NCBI GenBank assembly: GCA_963663035.1
Contig: OY760074.1
Location: forward strand, 2,208,001-2,272,000
DNA: 64,000 nucleotides
Direction of reading: 5' to 3'
DNA from: Acidobacteriota bacterium
GTDB taxonomy: Bacteria; Acidobacteriota; UBA6911; RPQK01; JADFOI01
Shown: piece by piece, positions 1 through 10,614 of the stretch
Position numbering within the stretch: the stretch's first letter is position 1
Layout: the number at the start of each line of letters is the position of its first letter
The notes under the pieces: generated by a model
The model's database searches: none
Seen by the model: only the letters and a program-made list of their open reading frames with translations
Told to the model about the DNA's origin: nothing
Program-made: the position numbers and the translations under genes

Positions 1-1
1 C

Positions 2-1816
2 GCCTTCCTGGATGATGCGCCTCTGGAGGAACGCCGCGCTCGTGCGGTTCAGACCAGGCGGACTTTGTCCGGACAAGACAGGGAGCTCGGCATATTGGAC
101 GACCAGGCCATCCAGCAGGTGGCCAAGGAAGCCTGGCCTCCCCTGGAGAGTCCTGATGAGTTACACGATGCTCTACTGACGCTGGGAGTCCTCACAAATA
201 CCGAAGTTGAGCAACACCCAAATCTGCTCGAGCACCTGGTGGAGCACCAACGAGTCGGGCGTGTGATCGTCGAACCCATTGTTGAAAGGGAGAATCAAGA
301 ATCCCAGGAACCCATTACTTTTTGGTTCGCCACTGAAAGGTTGAACCTGGTCAAGTCTATCTACCCGGAGGGACGAATGGTTCCGGGACTTCAAGTTGCT
401 GAAAAGTACCTGTGGGAGAAAGATAAGGCTTTGGACGCGGAGCAAGCCCTGCGTGAGCTGGTGCGGTGTCGCCTGCAGTCCTCCGGACCCGCCACTTCAA
501 GCGAGCTGTGCCTTCTCTTGAATCTTCCACAAACTGCGATTGATACCGCTCTGCAGGCGTTGCAAAAGGATGGTCAGATCCTTTCCGGATCCTTCCGCGC
601 CTCGACTGGAGAGTTGGAGTGGTGTGATCGAAAGCTTTTGGCTCGGATCCATCGCCTCACCTTGGGGCGTCTGCGGCGTGAGATTGAGCCGGTGTCCCCA
701 GCCGAGTTCATGCGATTCCTGTTTCGTTGGCAGCATTTGCCCTCTGGAACTCACTTACACGGCGAACAAGGCTTATCCATGACCCTGGACCAACTTCAGG
801 GCTTTGAAGCAGCAGCAGCGGCCTGGGAAGAGTTCCTTCTGCCCAGCCGAATCAGTGAGTATGTTCCTGAACTCCTCGACCGACTGTGCCTCTCGGGAGA
901 ATTCGTGTGGGGACGGCTCTCCCTGCCCTCCACTCTGGAAGCTGAAGCCTTAAATGAAAGACCCTTCTCGTCTCCCCGTGGGACTCGGCCCTCACGCCTG
1001 GCACCGGTGGCTTTTTTCAGGCGAAGGGAAATGCGTGAGTTTTTCCTGCTTCGCGACATCGACAGAGGGAGACTGGACCAGAGCGACGACCCAGCCGCAC
1101 AACTGAACCTGTCACATCCTGCTAACGAGGTCCTGGAACAGCTCCAGCGCTGGGGCGCATGTTTTCTGGAGGATCTTGCCCGAACCACTGGAAGACTTCC
1201 TTTGGAGGTCGAAGAAGGATTGTGGGAACTGGTAGCTGCTGGTTTGGCCACGGCCGATGGTTTTGACAATCTGCGCTTTCTCATCAACCCAAAACGAAAA
1301 CGTGGGTTTGCCCATCGTTCCTCAGGAAGGTCCAGCCTTCGGACCATTGAGCGATCCATGGGTCGTTGGACTCTTCTCGATCTGCCCGGGATGTCAACCG
1401 AGGGAATTCCCCCCCTTGAGTTGGTAGCTCGACAGCTTTTGAAGCGCTGGGGCGTGGTCTTTCGTGATTTGTTGGCTCGCGAGAGCCTCCTTCCAGCCTG
1501 GCGTGATTTCCTGGGAATTTACCGCACGATGGAGGCTCAGGGGCTGGTCCGGGGTGGACGCTTTGTCTCCGGATTTGTGGGCGAGCAGTTCGCCTTGCCC
1601 GAAGCGCTCGATTCGCTAAGAGCTACCAGGCGCAGCCAGCCTACGGGAGAAGTCCTCCGGATTTCTGCAGCTGATCCCCTGAACCTCATTGGAATCATCA
1701 CACCCGGACCGCGGCTTCGCCCCCATCCGACACGCTTCGCCTATTATCGCGACGGTGTGCCCGTAGAGGAGGAGAGCTTCCTTGTCTCGAAATCACTTTC
1801 CGTCTCTATGGCTTAG
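2..1816 (+). CDS. lhr: Lhr-family DEAD/DEAH helicase, C-terminal part (5' end outside window)
   Basis: Frame is open from base 2 (AFLDDAPLEERRARAV), then WCDRKLLARIHRLTLGRLRREIEPV and RGGRFVSGFVGEQFALP, typical of long Lhr C-terminal winged-helix regions. Confidence 0.85.
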   Translation, partial: AFLDDAPLEERRARAVQTRRTLSGQDRELGILDDQAIQQVAKEAWPPLESPDELHDALLTLGVLTNTEVEQHPNLLEHLVEHQRVGRVIVEPIVERENQESQEPITFWFATERLNLVKSIYPEGRMVPGLQVAEKYLWEKDKALDAEQALRELVRCRLQSSGPATSSELCLLLNLPQTAIDTALQALQKDGQILSGSFRASTGELEWCDRKLLARIHRLTLGRLRREIEPVSPAEFMRFLFRWQHLPSGTHLHGEQGLSMTLDQLQGFEAAAAAWEEFLLPSRISEYVPELLDRLCLSGEFVWGRLSLPSTLEAEALNERPFSSPRGTRPSRLAPVAFFRRREMREFFLLRDIDRGRLDQSDDPAAQLNLSHPANEVLEQLQRWGACFLEDLARTTGRLPLEVEEGLWELVAAGLATADGFDNLRFLINPKRKRGFAHRSSGRSSLRTIERSMGRWTLLDLPGMSTEGIPPLELVARQLLKRWGVVFRDLLARESLLPAWRDFLGIYRTMEAQGLVRGGRFVSGFVGEQFALPEALDSLRATRRSQPTGEVLRISAADPLNLIGIITPGPRLRPHPTRFAYYRDGVPVEEESFLVSKSLSVSMA

Positions 1817-1920
1817 TCCTTCGCTGATGCAAACCCGGCTCCGTTATCTAGGCAGCCGGCTCGATCTCAGTCGGTGAAATTTCTTAAACTATAAGAATCA
1901 GCAGTTTGCAGTGAGGAAAA

Positions 1921-3150
1921 ATGGATATTGAGTTTGTTCGATTGTGCGACCGGTGGGTAGGAGCCCTCGGCTGCCGAATCCTTTCGGGAAGCGAAAGGAT
2001 TCGCAAACTGATTTTCACTAACCCCGCGTCCACCTCTCCCAAGAATATCCTGGTGATCGAAATCTCGGAAATGGGAAGTGTCATCTTGGCCTATTCCATG
2101 CTTCAGGAGGTTAAGCGACGTTATCCTCATGCCAACATCTACTTCTTGATGTTTGAAAAAATTAGAGAAAGCCTGGATGTGATGGAATTGATTCCAAGGG
2201 AGAACGTGATCACCCTGAGCGATAAGAATCTATGGGCCTTTTCCCGAAGTGCCCTCAAGGCAGTGAGGAAGCTTCGGAGATTGCACATTGATACGGTGTT
2301 GGACATGGAGTTGTTTGCTCGAATCAGCTCCATATTTAGTTATCTCAGCGGAGCACAGAGTCGGATCGGGTTTTACCGTTACACTATGGAAGGACTCTAT
2401 CGAGGAAACTTCCTGACCCACAAAGTGCAGTACAACTCCTCTATTCACATCGCTAAAAACCAGATGGCCCTTCTCGATGCTCTTGAAGAAGATCCTTCCT
2501 CCAGTCCGCTGGTGAAACGCAACTACAGCAACCTGGAGTTGACACTGCCCCAATTGAAAAATTCCGAAGAAGACAATCGCCGAATTCGAGACCAGCTGAA
2601 AACAACTTGTCCGGATCTGTCCAAAGATGGACAGATCATCATTCTGAATCCCAGCGGGGGAGAACTTCCCATTCGAGCCTGGCCCCTGGACTACTACATC
2701 TCACTGACCCAGCTGCTTTTGCAAGAGGACAACCTTGTGGTTGGAGTCATGGGTTTAGCCAGCGAAAAGGTCTGGTATAAGAGGATGGCAGAAGAAATCT
2801 CCTCTCCCCGCTTCTTCGATTTCACCGGAATGACTTTGAGCGTCAGAGAGGTGATCCAGCTTTTCAACTGCTGTGATGTTTTGGTCACATCCGACAGCGG
2901 CCCGGCCCACTTCGCAGGGCTCTCCTCCATTCACTGTATCGCCTTTTTTGGTCCCGAAACTCCGACACTCTATGGTCCTCTCAATTCTAATTCCACCTGT
3001 CTTTATGCAGGGTTGAGCTGCAGCCCCTGCTTGACCGCATATAACCACCGGAACACGCCCTGTGATGGGAACAATCTCTGTGTTCAAGAGTTCAAGCCTG
3101 AGTATGTCAAAGGGCTGGTGGTGAAAGCCTTAAAAGAAACTCCGGCTTGA
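1921..3150 (+). CDS. Glycosyltransferase family 9 (heptosyltransferase-like)
   Basis: EMGSVIL near N-terminus, DSGPAHFA and FGPETP motifs, C-terminal CSPC; GAGGA RBS. Confidence 0.85.
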   Translation: MDIEFVRLCDRWVGALGCRILSGSERIRKLIFTNPASTSPKNILVIEISEMGSVILAYSMLQEVKRRYPHANIYFLMFEKIRESLDVMELIPRENVITLSDKNLWAFSRSALKAVRKLRRLHIDTVLDMELFARISSIFSYLSGAQSRIGFYRYTMEGLYRGNFLTHKVQYNSSIHIAKNQMALLDALEEDPSSSPLVKRNYSNLELTLPQLKNSEEDNRRIRDQLKTTCPDLSKDGQIIILNPSGGELPIRAWPLDYYISLTQLLLQEDNLVVGVMGLASEKVWYKRMAEEISSPRFFDFTGMTLSVREVIQLFNCCDVLVTSDSGPAHFAGLSSIHCIAFFGPETPTLYGPLNSNSTCLYAGLSCSPCLTAYNHRNTPCDGNNLCVQEFKPEYVKGLVVKALKETPA

Positions 3151-3162
3151 TCGGAACCTTCC

Positions 3163-5178
3163 ATGCTTACTGGTTGGCAGTTTTTACGAAGCAAAAAAGG
3201 AATGGCGATCCTCCTGCTGATCGCGATCCTTGTGCTGGCGTATGCCCCGGCAACGAATTTTCCCTTTGTCAACTTCGATGACAACGAATATGTCACAGAC
3301 GTTCCACAGATACAGCAGGGTCTATCCTGGGACAGCTTCATGTGGGCCATGACCACGATGGAAGCAGCCTTTTGGCATCCCCTGACATGGCTGTCTCACA
3401 TACTGGACTACCAGCTATTCGGATTGAACCCGGCCGGCCATCATCTCACCAACCTGCTCCTGCACCTGGCCAATGTGCTCCTTCTGTTCGGTGTGCTTCA
3501 CCAGATGACCGGAGCCGTGTGGCGCAGCGCTTTAGTGGCGGCCTTGTTTGCCCTGCACCCCCTCAATGTGGAATCGGTGGCCTGGGTGGCGGAACGCAAG
3601 AATGTACTGAGCACCTTGTTTTGGCTGCTGACCATGGCGGCCTATGTGGGATATGTGAGAAAGCCTGTCTGGCAGCGCTATGTGGGAATGATGGGCATCT
3701 TTGTGCTGGGACTGATGGCCAAGCCAATGCTGGTGACCCTGCCCTGTGTGCTACTGCTGCTGGACTACTGGCCCCTGGGACGGCTGGGAAAAGAGGGGAA
3801 GGAGTTTCAGCGGCGGCTGCCCAGGTTGGTGGCAGAGAAGCTGCCGCTGTTTATTCCTGTGGCAGCGGTCAGCGTGCTGGCGATTCAGGCGCAGTCACGG
3901 GCTGGAGCCCTCCCCTCCTGGGAAGGCCTGCCGCTGGGAACTCGAGTGGCCAACGCCGTTCTGTCCTATGGGCTTTATCTCAAGAAGATGGTGTGGCCGA
4001 CGGATCTGGCGGTCTTTTATCCCCATCCGGGCAACTCATGGGAGATCGGGTCGGTGGCTTTGGCGGTTCTGCTGCTAGGCGGAATTTCGCTGGGAGTATG
4101 GTGGCAAGGTCGAAGCTATCGCTATCTGGTGGTGGGCTGGCTCTGGTATGTGGGGACGCTGTTTCCGGTGATCGGTCTCATTCAGGTCGGCAGCCACGCC
4201 ATGGCTGACCGCTACGCCTACGTCCCCTTGATGGGTCTGTTCATCATGCTGATCTGGGGTGTAGCAGAGATGACGGAAAGAGTACGGTTGAGAAGAGAGT
4301 GGCTGGTGGGCGCTGTCCTGTGCCTGCTGGTGGCACTGACAGTCCTCACCAGGGTGCAGCTCAGCTACTGGAAAAGTACGACCCGACTGTTTGAGCATGC
4401 ACTTTTGGTGACCTCCAACAATCACCTAGCTCACAATGCCCTGAGTGTTGAATACATGGAAGAGAAAGAATTTGGGAAAGCCATCGAACATCTTGCTCAG
4501 GCACTCATCATGTATCCCCGCTATGCCGACGCGCACAATAATCTCGGTATAGCTCTAGCGCGACAAGGCAGACTGGAAGACGCCAAACATCACTACCTCC
4601 AGGCCATCCAGATTGCCCCTAACTCCTATGCGGCCCACAATAATTTGGGTCTGACACTTCTGACCACTGAAAAGGTCGATGAGGCTATTGATCACTTTTC
4701 TCGTGCCCTGGCCCTTAATCCCTACTACGCGGAAGCGCATAACAATCTGGGAACGGCCAAACTTAAGAAAGGGCACAGAACCGAGGCCATGGAGTCTTTC
4801 AGAAAGGCGGCAGAACTTCGACCGAGCTTTGCCGAAGCCTCTTACAATGTGGGAACAGAACTGCTCAATCTTGGCCATTTGGAGGAAGCAAAGGAGCAGT
4901 TCCTAGCAGCTCTGGAAGCTGATCCTGACTATTTGGACGCTTACGTGAATCTGGGAGTCCTGCTCAGAAGACAGGGCAGAGTCGATGATGCCATTGCTTT
5001 ATATCTGATGGCCTTGGAACTCGACCCGAATCACGCTGAAACTCATAATAATCTGGGAACGGTGCTGGCCCAAAAAGGAGATCTTCAGCAAGCGATCAAG
5101 CACCTTCAGGAGGCTATCAAAAGCAACCCCAACTACCCTGAAGCGCGCGCCAATCTTCAGCTGCTCCAGTCCAGGTAA
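3163..5178 (+). CDS. TMTC-like GT-C membrane glycosyltransferase with TPR tail, paralogue 1
   Basis: FDD luminal motif, WHPLTWLSH, HPLNVESVAWVAERK, ADRYAY, multiple TM segments, AHNNLG TPR repeats. Confidence 0.85.
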   Translation: MLTGWQFLRSKKGMAILLLIAILVLAYAPATNFPFVNFDDNEYVTDVPQIQQGLSWDSFMWAMTTMEAAFWHPLTWLSHILDYQLFGLNPAGHHLTNLLLHLANVLLLFGVLHQMTGAVWRSALVAALFALHPLNVESVAWVAERKNVLSTLFWLLTMAAYVGYVRKPVWQRYVGMMGIFVLGLMAKPMLVTLPCVLLLLDYWPLGRLGKEGKEFQRRLPRLVAEKLPLFIPVAAVSVLAIQAQSRAGALPSWEGLPLGTRVANAVLSYGLYLKKMVWPTDLAVFYPHPGNSWEIGSVALAVLLLGGISLGVWWQGRSYRYLVVGWLWYVGTLFPVIGLIQVGSHAMADRYAYVPLMGLFIMLIWGVAEMTERVRLRREWLVGAVLCLLVALTVLTRVQLSYWKSTTRLFEHALLVTSNNHLAHNALSVEYMEEKEFGKAIEHLAQALIMYPRYADAHNNLGIALARQGRLEDAKHHYLQAIQIAPNSYAAHNNLGLTLLTTEKVDEAIDHFSRALALNPYYAEAHNNLGTAKLKKGHRTEAMESFRKAAELRPSFAEASYNVGTELLNLGHLEEAKEQFLAALEADPDYLDAYVNLGVLLRRQGRVDDAIALYLMALELDPNHAETHNNLGTVLAQKGDLQQAIKHLQEAIKSNPNYPEARANLQLLQSR

Positions 5179-7203
5179 ATGACTACTCTGACCGTCTTTC
5201 GAAATCACCAGAAGGGGATCGCCGGGCTGTTCTTGATCATGGCGACTCTCATTGTCTATGCGCCGGTCAAGGACTATCAATTCATTGATCTGGATGATGA
5301 CGTCTACGTGACCCACAACCCTCGAGTCCAGGATGGCTTGACCTGGGGAAACATTGTTTGGGCCTTGGGAACCCTGGAAGCTGGCTTTTGGCACCCTCTC
5401 ACCTGGTGGTCGCACATGCTGGATTGTGAGCTTTTCGGCTTAGATCCTGGCGGCCATCATTTAACGAGTCTGTTCCTTCACACCATCAATGCTTTCCTCC
5501 TCTTCTGGTTGCTTCAACAGGCCACCGGAGCCGTGTGGCGTAGTTTTCTTGTGGGAGCGTTATTTGCCTTACACCCGCTCAATGTGGAGTCTGTGGCCTG
5601 GGTGGCAGAACGCAAAAATGTGCTGAGCACCTTGTTTTGGCTACTGACCATCTGGGCCTATGTGAGGTATGTGAAAAAGCCGGGCTGGAAGCGCTATCTA
5701 CAGGTGATCTCACTTTTTGTATTGGGACTGATGGCCAAGCCGATGCTGGTGACCCTTCCCTGTGTCCTGTTGCTGTTGGACTATTGGCCCCTGGGCCGAC
5801 TGGGAAGTTCCTGGAGCGAATTACGCCAGAAGTACTCAAAGCTGCTGCTGGAAAAAGTGCCGCTCCTCTCTCTAGCTGTGGCAAGTGGGCTCCTGGCGAT
5901 TCAGGCCCAGCAGGAGTTGGGAGCTCTACCCTCATTACAACAGTTTTCATTCGGTGTTCGCCTGGCTAACGCCGTGACAGCCAACATGTCTTATCTGAGT
6001 AAGATGGTCTGGCCTACCGACCTGGCGGTCTTCTACCCCCATCCGCAAACCTCACTGTCGGTTGGGCAGATTGTCCTGGCAATTCTGGTTGTCGGTACCA
6101 TCTCACTTCTGGTGTGGTTCGGGACACCTTCATTTCCCTATCTTTTCGTTGGATGGCTGTGGTACCTGGGGACTTTATCTCCAGTCAGTGGTCTCATCCA
6201 GGTCGGGCAACATGCCATGGCGGATCGTTACATGTACGTTCCCCTCATTGGTCTGTTTATCCTGGTTGTGTGGGGTTTCACACAGTGGTTAGATCGCTGG
6301 CGAGTGAGAAAGGAGCTATGGATAGGAGCAAGTGCGTGTTTGCTCATTGGGCTCTCGCTGAGCGCCCGAAGTCAGCTCGCTCATTGGCAAAATAGTATCA
6401 CCCTATTCGAACATACGATTCGATCCACCGACAATAATGACCTGATTCACAATAATCTGGGAACCGCCTTATGGGAACGCGGCGAGAATATGAAAGCCAT
6501 CGAGCAGTTTTCAGCTGCCCTGGAGATCAAACCCGACAGCCCGCAAGTCCTCTACAACATGGGCCTCGCTCTGAAGACAGATGGTAGACTCGACGCTGCT
6601 ACCCGCTATTTTTCAAAAGCCCTGGAAATCAACCCGAAGCTTGCTGGTGCCCTTAACAACCTGGGGATCATCCTCCTGGCACAGGGTCGTCTGGAGGAGG
6701 CCATCCAACGTTTCTCCAGGGCTCTTGAGATTGATCCACGAATGGTTCCAGCCCACAACAACCTGGGGACGGCCCTGATGGGAACGGGCAGAGTCGATGA
6801 GGCCCTTTTGCATTTTTCCGAAGCGGTCGCAATCAGTCCTGGTCAGCCCAGCGCCTACAACAACTTAGGGGCGGCGTTGGATCTGCTAGGTCGCTCAGAG
6901 GAGGCAATCTACAATTACCGCCGCGCCCTCGAGCTGGCTCCCGGTTCTTACCGTACACAGAACAACCTGGGAAAGATATTCAAGGACAATGGGAATCTCG
7001 ATGAAGCGGCTGGACACTTTTCCAGAGCCACTGAGCTTGAGCCCAATTTCAGCGATGCCTATTTCAACCTGGCTCTGGTCAGAACGGATCAAGGGAGAAT
7101 TGAGGAAGCCATCCACCTCTTCCGCCAGGTCCTGAAACTCAATCCAGAACACACTGAAGCCCAGAACCGTCTCCTCCTTTTACTCAAAGAGGCTAACCCT
7201 TGA
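5179..7203 (+). CDS. TMTC-like GT-C/TPR protein, paralogue 2
   Basis: Same motifs (LDDD, HPLNVESVAWVAERK, ADRYMY) plus TPRs; starts immediately after the previous stop. Confidence 0.85.
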   Translation: MTTLTVFRNHQKGIAGLFLIMATLIVYAPVKDYQFIDLDDDVYVTHNPRVQDGLTWGNIVWALGTLEAGFWHPLTWWSHMLDCELFGLDPGGHHLTSLFLHTINAFLLFWLLQQATGAVWRSFLVGALFALHPLNVESVAWVAERKNVLSTLFWLLTIWAYVRYVKKPGWKRYLQVISLFVLGLMAKPMLVTLPCVLLLLDYWPLGRLGSSWSELRQKYSKLLLEKVPLLSLAVASGLLAIQAQQELGALPSLQQFSFGVRLANAVTANMSYLSKMVWPTDLAVFYPHPQTSLSVGQIVLAILVVGTISLLVWFGTPSFPYLFVGWLWYLGTLSPVSGLIQVGQHAMADRYMYVPLIGLFILVVWGFTQWLDRWRVRKELWIGASACLLIGLSLSARSQLAHWQNSITLFEHTIRSTDNNDLIHNNLGTALWERGENMKAIEQFSAALEIKPDSPQVLYNMGLALKTDGRLDAATRYFSKALEINPKLAGALNNLGIILLAQGRLEEAIQRFSRALEIDPRMVPAHNNLGTALMGTGRVDEALLHFSEAVAISPGQPSAYNNLGAALDLLGRSEEAIYNYRRALELAPGSYRTQNNLGKIFKDNGNLDEAAGHFSRATELEPNFSDAYFNLALVRTDQGRIEEAIHLFRQVLKLNPEHTEAQNRLLLLLKEANP

Positions 7204-8930
7204 AAGTCTCTGGCAAGATTGGGCACCTGGAAAGAAGAAAAGCTTTCGTCCTCCTACTGCTCGCTGGAATCGTTCTGATAGCTTACGGCGCCGTCGGGCA
7301 CTTCCCATTTATAAATCTCGATGACGATCTGTACATTACAGAGAATGCTCAGGTGCAGCAGGGTCTGTCCTGGGACAGCGTCATGTGGGCCATGACAGCG
7401 TTGGAGGAGGCCTTCTGGCATCCCCTGACATGGCTGTCTCATATGCTGGACTACCAGCTATTCGGATTGAACCCGGCCGGCCATCATCTCACCAACCTGC
7501 TCCTGCACCTGGCCAATGTGCTCCTTCTGTTCGGTGTGCTTCACCTGATGACCGGAGCCGTGTGGCGCAGCGCTTTAGTGGCGGCCTTGTTTGCCCTGCA
7601 CCCCCTCAATGTGGAATCGGTGGCCTGGGTGGCGGAACGCAAGAATGTTTTGAGCACCTTGTTTTGGCTGCTGACTATAGCGGCCTATGTGGGATATGTG
7701 AGAAAGCCTGTCTGGCAGCGCTATGTGGGAATGATGGGCATCTTTGTACTGGGACTCATGGCCAAGCCAATGCTGGTGACCCTGCCCTGTGTGCTACTGC
7801 TGCTGGACTACTGGCCCCTGGGGCGGCTGGGAAAAGAGGGGCAGGGGTTTCAGCGGCGGCTGCCCAGGTTGGTGGTAGAGAAGCTGCCGCTGTTTATTCC
7901 TGTGGCAGCGGTCAGCGTGCTGGCGATTCAGGCGCAGTCACGGGCTGGAGCCCTCCCCTCCTGGGAAGGCCTGCCGCTGGGAACTCGAGTGGCCAACGCC
8001 GTTCTGTCCTATGGGCTTTATCTCAAAAAGATGGTGTGGCCGACGGATCTGGCGGTTTTTTATCCCCATCCGGGCAACTCATGGGAGATCGGGTCGCTGG
8101 CGTTGGCGGTTCTGCTGCTAGGCGGAATCTCGCTGGGAGTATGGTGGCAAGGTCGAAGCTATCGCTATCTGGTGGTGGGATGGCTCTGGTATGTGGGGAC
8201 GCTGTTTCCGGTGAGCGGTCTCATCCAGGTGGGAGGGCACTCCATGGCCGACCGCTACGCCTACGTCCCCCTGATGGGTCTGTTCATCATGGTGGTGTGG
8301 GGCGGCTGGGAGCTGACACAGACTCTAGGCCTGGGCAAGACTTGGCCGGTGAGTGCCAGTCTTGGTGTATTGATGATGATGACAGTGCTTGTACATCTCC
8401 AGCTCAGCTATTGGCGAAGTAGCATTACCCTATTCCAACACGCTCTGGACTCTACTGCGGAAAATCATATAGCCCATTCCAATTTAGGGATCGCATTTCT
8501 TCAAGAGGACAATCTGGATGACGCGATTGAGCATCTTTACAAGGCGATTGAGATTCGGCCAAGGTTTGCTGTGGTTCACAGCAACCTGGGAATCGCTTTG
8601 CGGCGAAAGGGTCTGCTTGACGAGGCCCTCAAACATTCCACCCAAGCAGTCCAGATCGATCCCGAACTTGCCAAAGCTCACAATAACCTGGGAATTGTAT
8701 TATTTCAAAAGGAAAGAGCGAATGACGCCTTGCAGCACTTCCAGAAGGCAGTGGAGATCAAACCTGATTACGCCACGGCTTTCTACAACATGGGCGTCGT
8801 TTTGGAGGGCCAGAAGAAAACGGAGGAGGCCGTCGAATCCTTCCGTCAGGCATTGAAACTGGATCCCCATCACAGTCAGGCACAGCAGCACCTGAACCTC
8901 CTGCTGGCACAAACTGAGCAGGCTCAATGA
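7200..8930 (+). CDS. TMTC-like GT-C/TPR protein, paralogue 3 (shorter TPR tail)
   Basis: Same motifs; TTGA start/stop overlap; membrane region nearly identical to paralogue 1. Confidence 0.85.
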   Translation: MKVSGKIGHLERRKAFVLLLLAGIVLIAYGAVGHFPFINLDDDLYITENAQVQQGLSWDSVMWAMTALEEAFWHPLTWLSHMLDYQLFGLNPAGHHLTNLLLHLANVLLLFGVLHLMTGAVWRSALVAALFALHPLNVESVAWVAERKNVLSTLFWLLTIAAYVGYVRKPVWQRYVGMMGIFVLGLMAKPMLVTLPCVLLLLDYWPLGRLGKEGQGFQRRLPRLVVEKLPLFIPVAAVSVLAIQAQSRAGALPSWEGLPLGTRVANAVLSYGLYLKKMVWPTDLAVFYPHPGNSWEIGSLALAVLLLGGISLGVWWQGRSYRYLVVGWLWYVGTLFPVSGLIQVGGHSMADRYAYVPLMGLFIMVVWGGWELTQTLGLGKTWPVSASLGVLMMMTVLVHLQLSYWRSSITLFQHALDSTAENHIAHSNLGIAFLQEDNLDDAIEHLYKAIEIRPRFAVVHSNLGIALRRKGLLDEALKHSTQAVQIDPELAKAHNNLGIVLFQKERANDALQHFQKAVEIKPDYATAFYNMGVVLEGQKKTEEAVESFRQALKLDPHHSQAQQHLNLLLAQTEQAQ

Positions 8931-8970
8931 GGGATGGAGCAAAAAAACTACTCTGTCACCTTTGATCGGC

Positions 8971-9042
8971 CCGCAGGCTAAAGCCTGCGGCTCTGACAGA
9001 GCTGACCAAGAATCCTTCAGAGCCGTGGGCTTTAGCCCACGG
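8971..9042. repeat. Inverted pair of REP-like hairpins (family REP-A)
   Basis: CCGCAGGCT-AA-AGCCTGCGG-CTCTGAC at 8971-8997 and TCAGAG-CCGTGGGCT-TT-AGCCCACGG at 9017-9042. Confidence 0.85.
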
Positions 9043-9096
9043 GCCTAGAGGTTGCTCAAGGGAGCTCTGATCGCCCCTGAGACTATAAAGGTGAGA

Positions 9097-9145
9097 GAGT
9101 AGACTCATATATTGTTTCTTTGAGAAACAATATATGAGTCTACTC
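9097..9145. terminator. Perfect 23-bp inverted repeat overlapping the tyrS stop; possible bidirectional terminator
   Basis: GAGTAGACTCATATATTGTTTCT-TTG-AGAAACAATATATGAGTCTACTC between convergent genes. Confidence 0.5.
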
Positions 9146-10372
9146 CAACTTGATTCGTCCAAACCTGAGTCGGCCCACTCTCAGGATGAAAGCTGGCTTT
9201 TGCTTGGGATCAATTTGGTAGCTGGGATCTGGGATTTTTTCTCCGTCTATGGAAACCGCTGCCTGGCGTATAAGACGTCGAGCCTCCGACTTGGATGAGG
9301 CGAAATCGACCTGCGCAATCAAATCGGGAAGTGCTACCGGCCCCCCCCCAGTCTGAACTTGAAAAGTGGGCATCTCCTCGGGCTCCTCTCCTTGCTGAAA
9401 AACACGAGTGAACTGTTCCTGTACCTCTCGCGCAGCCTGTCCAGAGTGAAGATCGCTCACCAGCCTGAAAGCTAGATCGCCTTTGGCTTTCATAGGATGC
9501 ACTGAGCCAGATTCCACCTTCGATCTCAACCCCTGAATCTCATCTTGAGGTAGATCGGTGAGAAGCTCGTAGTAGTTCCACATCAATGAATCACTGATCG
9601 ACATCACCTTGCCATAAATCTCCTGAGCAGCTTCTTTGATCCCAATGTCGTTCCCAAACGACTTGCTCATCTTCTCGACCCCGTCCAACCCTTCCAGGAT
9701 AGGAGTCATCAGCAGCACCTGGGGTTGCTGTCCGAACTCTCGCTGTATATCACGCCCCACCAGGAGGTTGAATTTTTGATCGGTTCCACCCAGCTCGATA
9801 TCTGCCTTCAGAAAAACGCTGTCGTAGGCCTGAGCCAAAGGGTAAAGAAGTTCATGGATCGAGATGGGTCGCTGGGCTGCTATCCTTTTGGAGAAATCAT
9901 CACGCTCGAGCATGCGGGCAACGGTGTATTTGGCACACAGCCGAATCCACTCCTGGGAGGACAAGGCATCCAACCAGCGACTGTTGAAGTCGAGGACCGT
10001 CTTGTCCCTGTCCAGGATCTTGAAGACTTGTTCTTCGTAGGTTTCAGCGTTTTCAAGCACTTCTTCTCGGGTTAAAGGTGGGCGGGTCTTGTTTCTACCC
10101 GTAGGATCTCCGATCTGGGCGGTGAAGTCTCCGATGAGAAAAATAACGCGGTGACCGAGATCCTGAAAGTGCTTCATTTTACGAAGCAACACGGTGTGGC
10201 CAAGGTGCAGATCGGGTGCCGTAGGATCCATTCCTACTTTAACGGTGAGTGGCTTGCCGGTTTTTTGGGATATCTCAAGCTTTTGGCGAAGCTCTTTCTC
10301 GGTAATGGTCTCGGCAGTACCCTTTAAAAGATACGCCACCTGCTCATCAAGAGTTCTGTTGGCAGTGTCCAT
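9140..10372 (-). CDS. tyrS: Tyrosine--tRNA ligase
   Basis: [28 protein letters not shown]-terminal S4-like domain. Confidence 0.97.
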   Translation of the reverse strand: MDTANRTLDEQVAYLLKGTAETITEKELRQKLEISQKTGKPLTVKVGMDPTAPDLHLGHTVLLRKMKHFQDLGHRVIFLIGDFTAQIGDPTGRNKTRPPLTREEVLENAETYEEQVFKILDRDKTVLDFNSRWLDALSSQEWIRLCAKYTVARMLERDDFSKRIAAQRPISIHELLYPLAQAYDSVFLKADIELGGTDQKFNLLVGRDIQREFGQQPQVLLMTPILEGLDGVEKMSKSFGNDIGIKEAAQEIYGKVMSISDSLMWNYYELLTDLPQDEIQGLRSKVESGSVHPMKAKGDLAFRLVSDLHSGQAAREVQEQFTRVFQQGEEPEEMPTFQVQTGGGPVALPDLIAQVDFASSKSEARRLIRQAAVSIDGEKIPDPSYQIDPKQKPAFILRVGRLRFGRIKLE

Positions 10373-10423
10373 GAGGCTCGTCTATTATAGAACTTGTCGC
10401 GAGGTCAGACCCTGCTATTTGCC

Positions 10424-10603
10424 ATGAAGGAAGAAGAACGAGAAACAGAACTAAAGGAATTGAAAATCAAAGCTGAATGTTTCGACCGGATCGTCGAGAA
10501 ATTCAAGAGTCTTCAGGCCGACGCTGGCTTCTACAGCAAGAACTGGGTGGAATTAGCCGAAGTGATTGAGGCTGCAATAGAAAGATCCCATCCAGGTCAA
10601 TGA
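10424..10603 (+). CDS. Small hypothetical helical protein (59 aa)
   Basis: Fills the tyrS-ftsZ gap; charged coiled-coil-like sequence; no recognised family. Confidence 0.5.
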   Translation: MKEEERETELKELKIKAECFDRIVEKFKSLQADAGFYSKNWVELAEVIEAAIERSHPGQ

Positions 10604-10614
10604 TGTTGAGTGCA

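Noticed and set aside
3342-8422. Alternative-frame ORFs 3342-4208 and 7385-8422 that resemble each other
   Set aside because: The similarity only reflects the duplicated TMTC DNA; low-complexity off-frame translations
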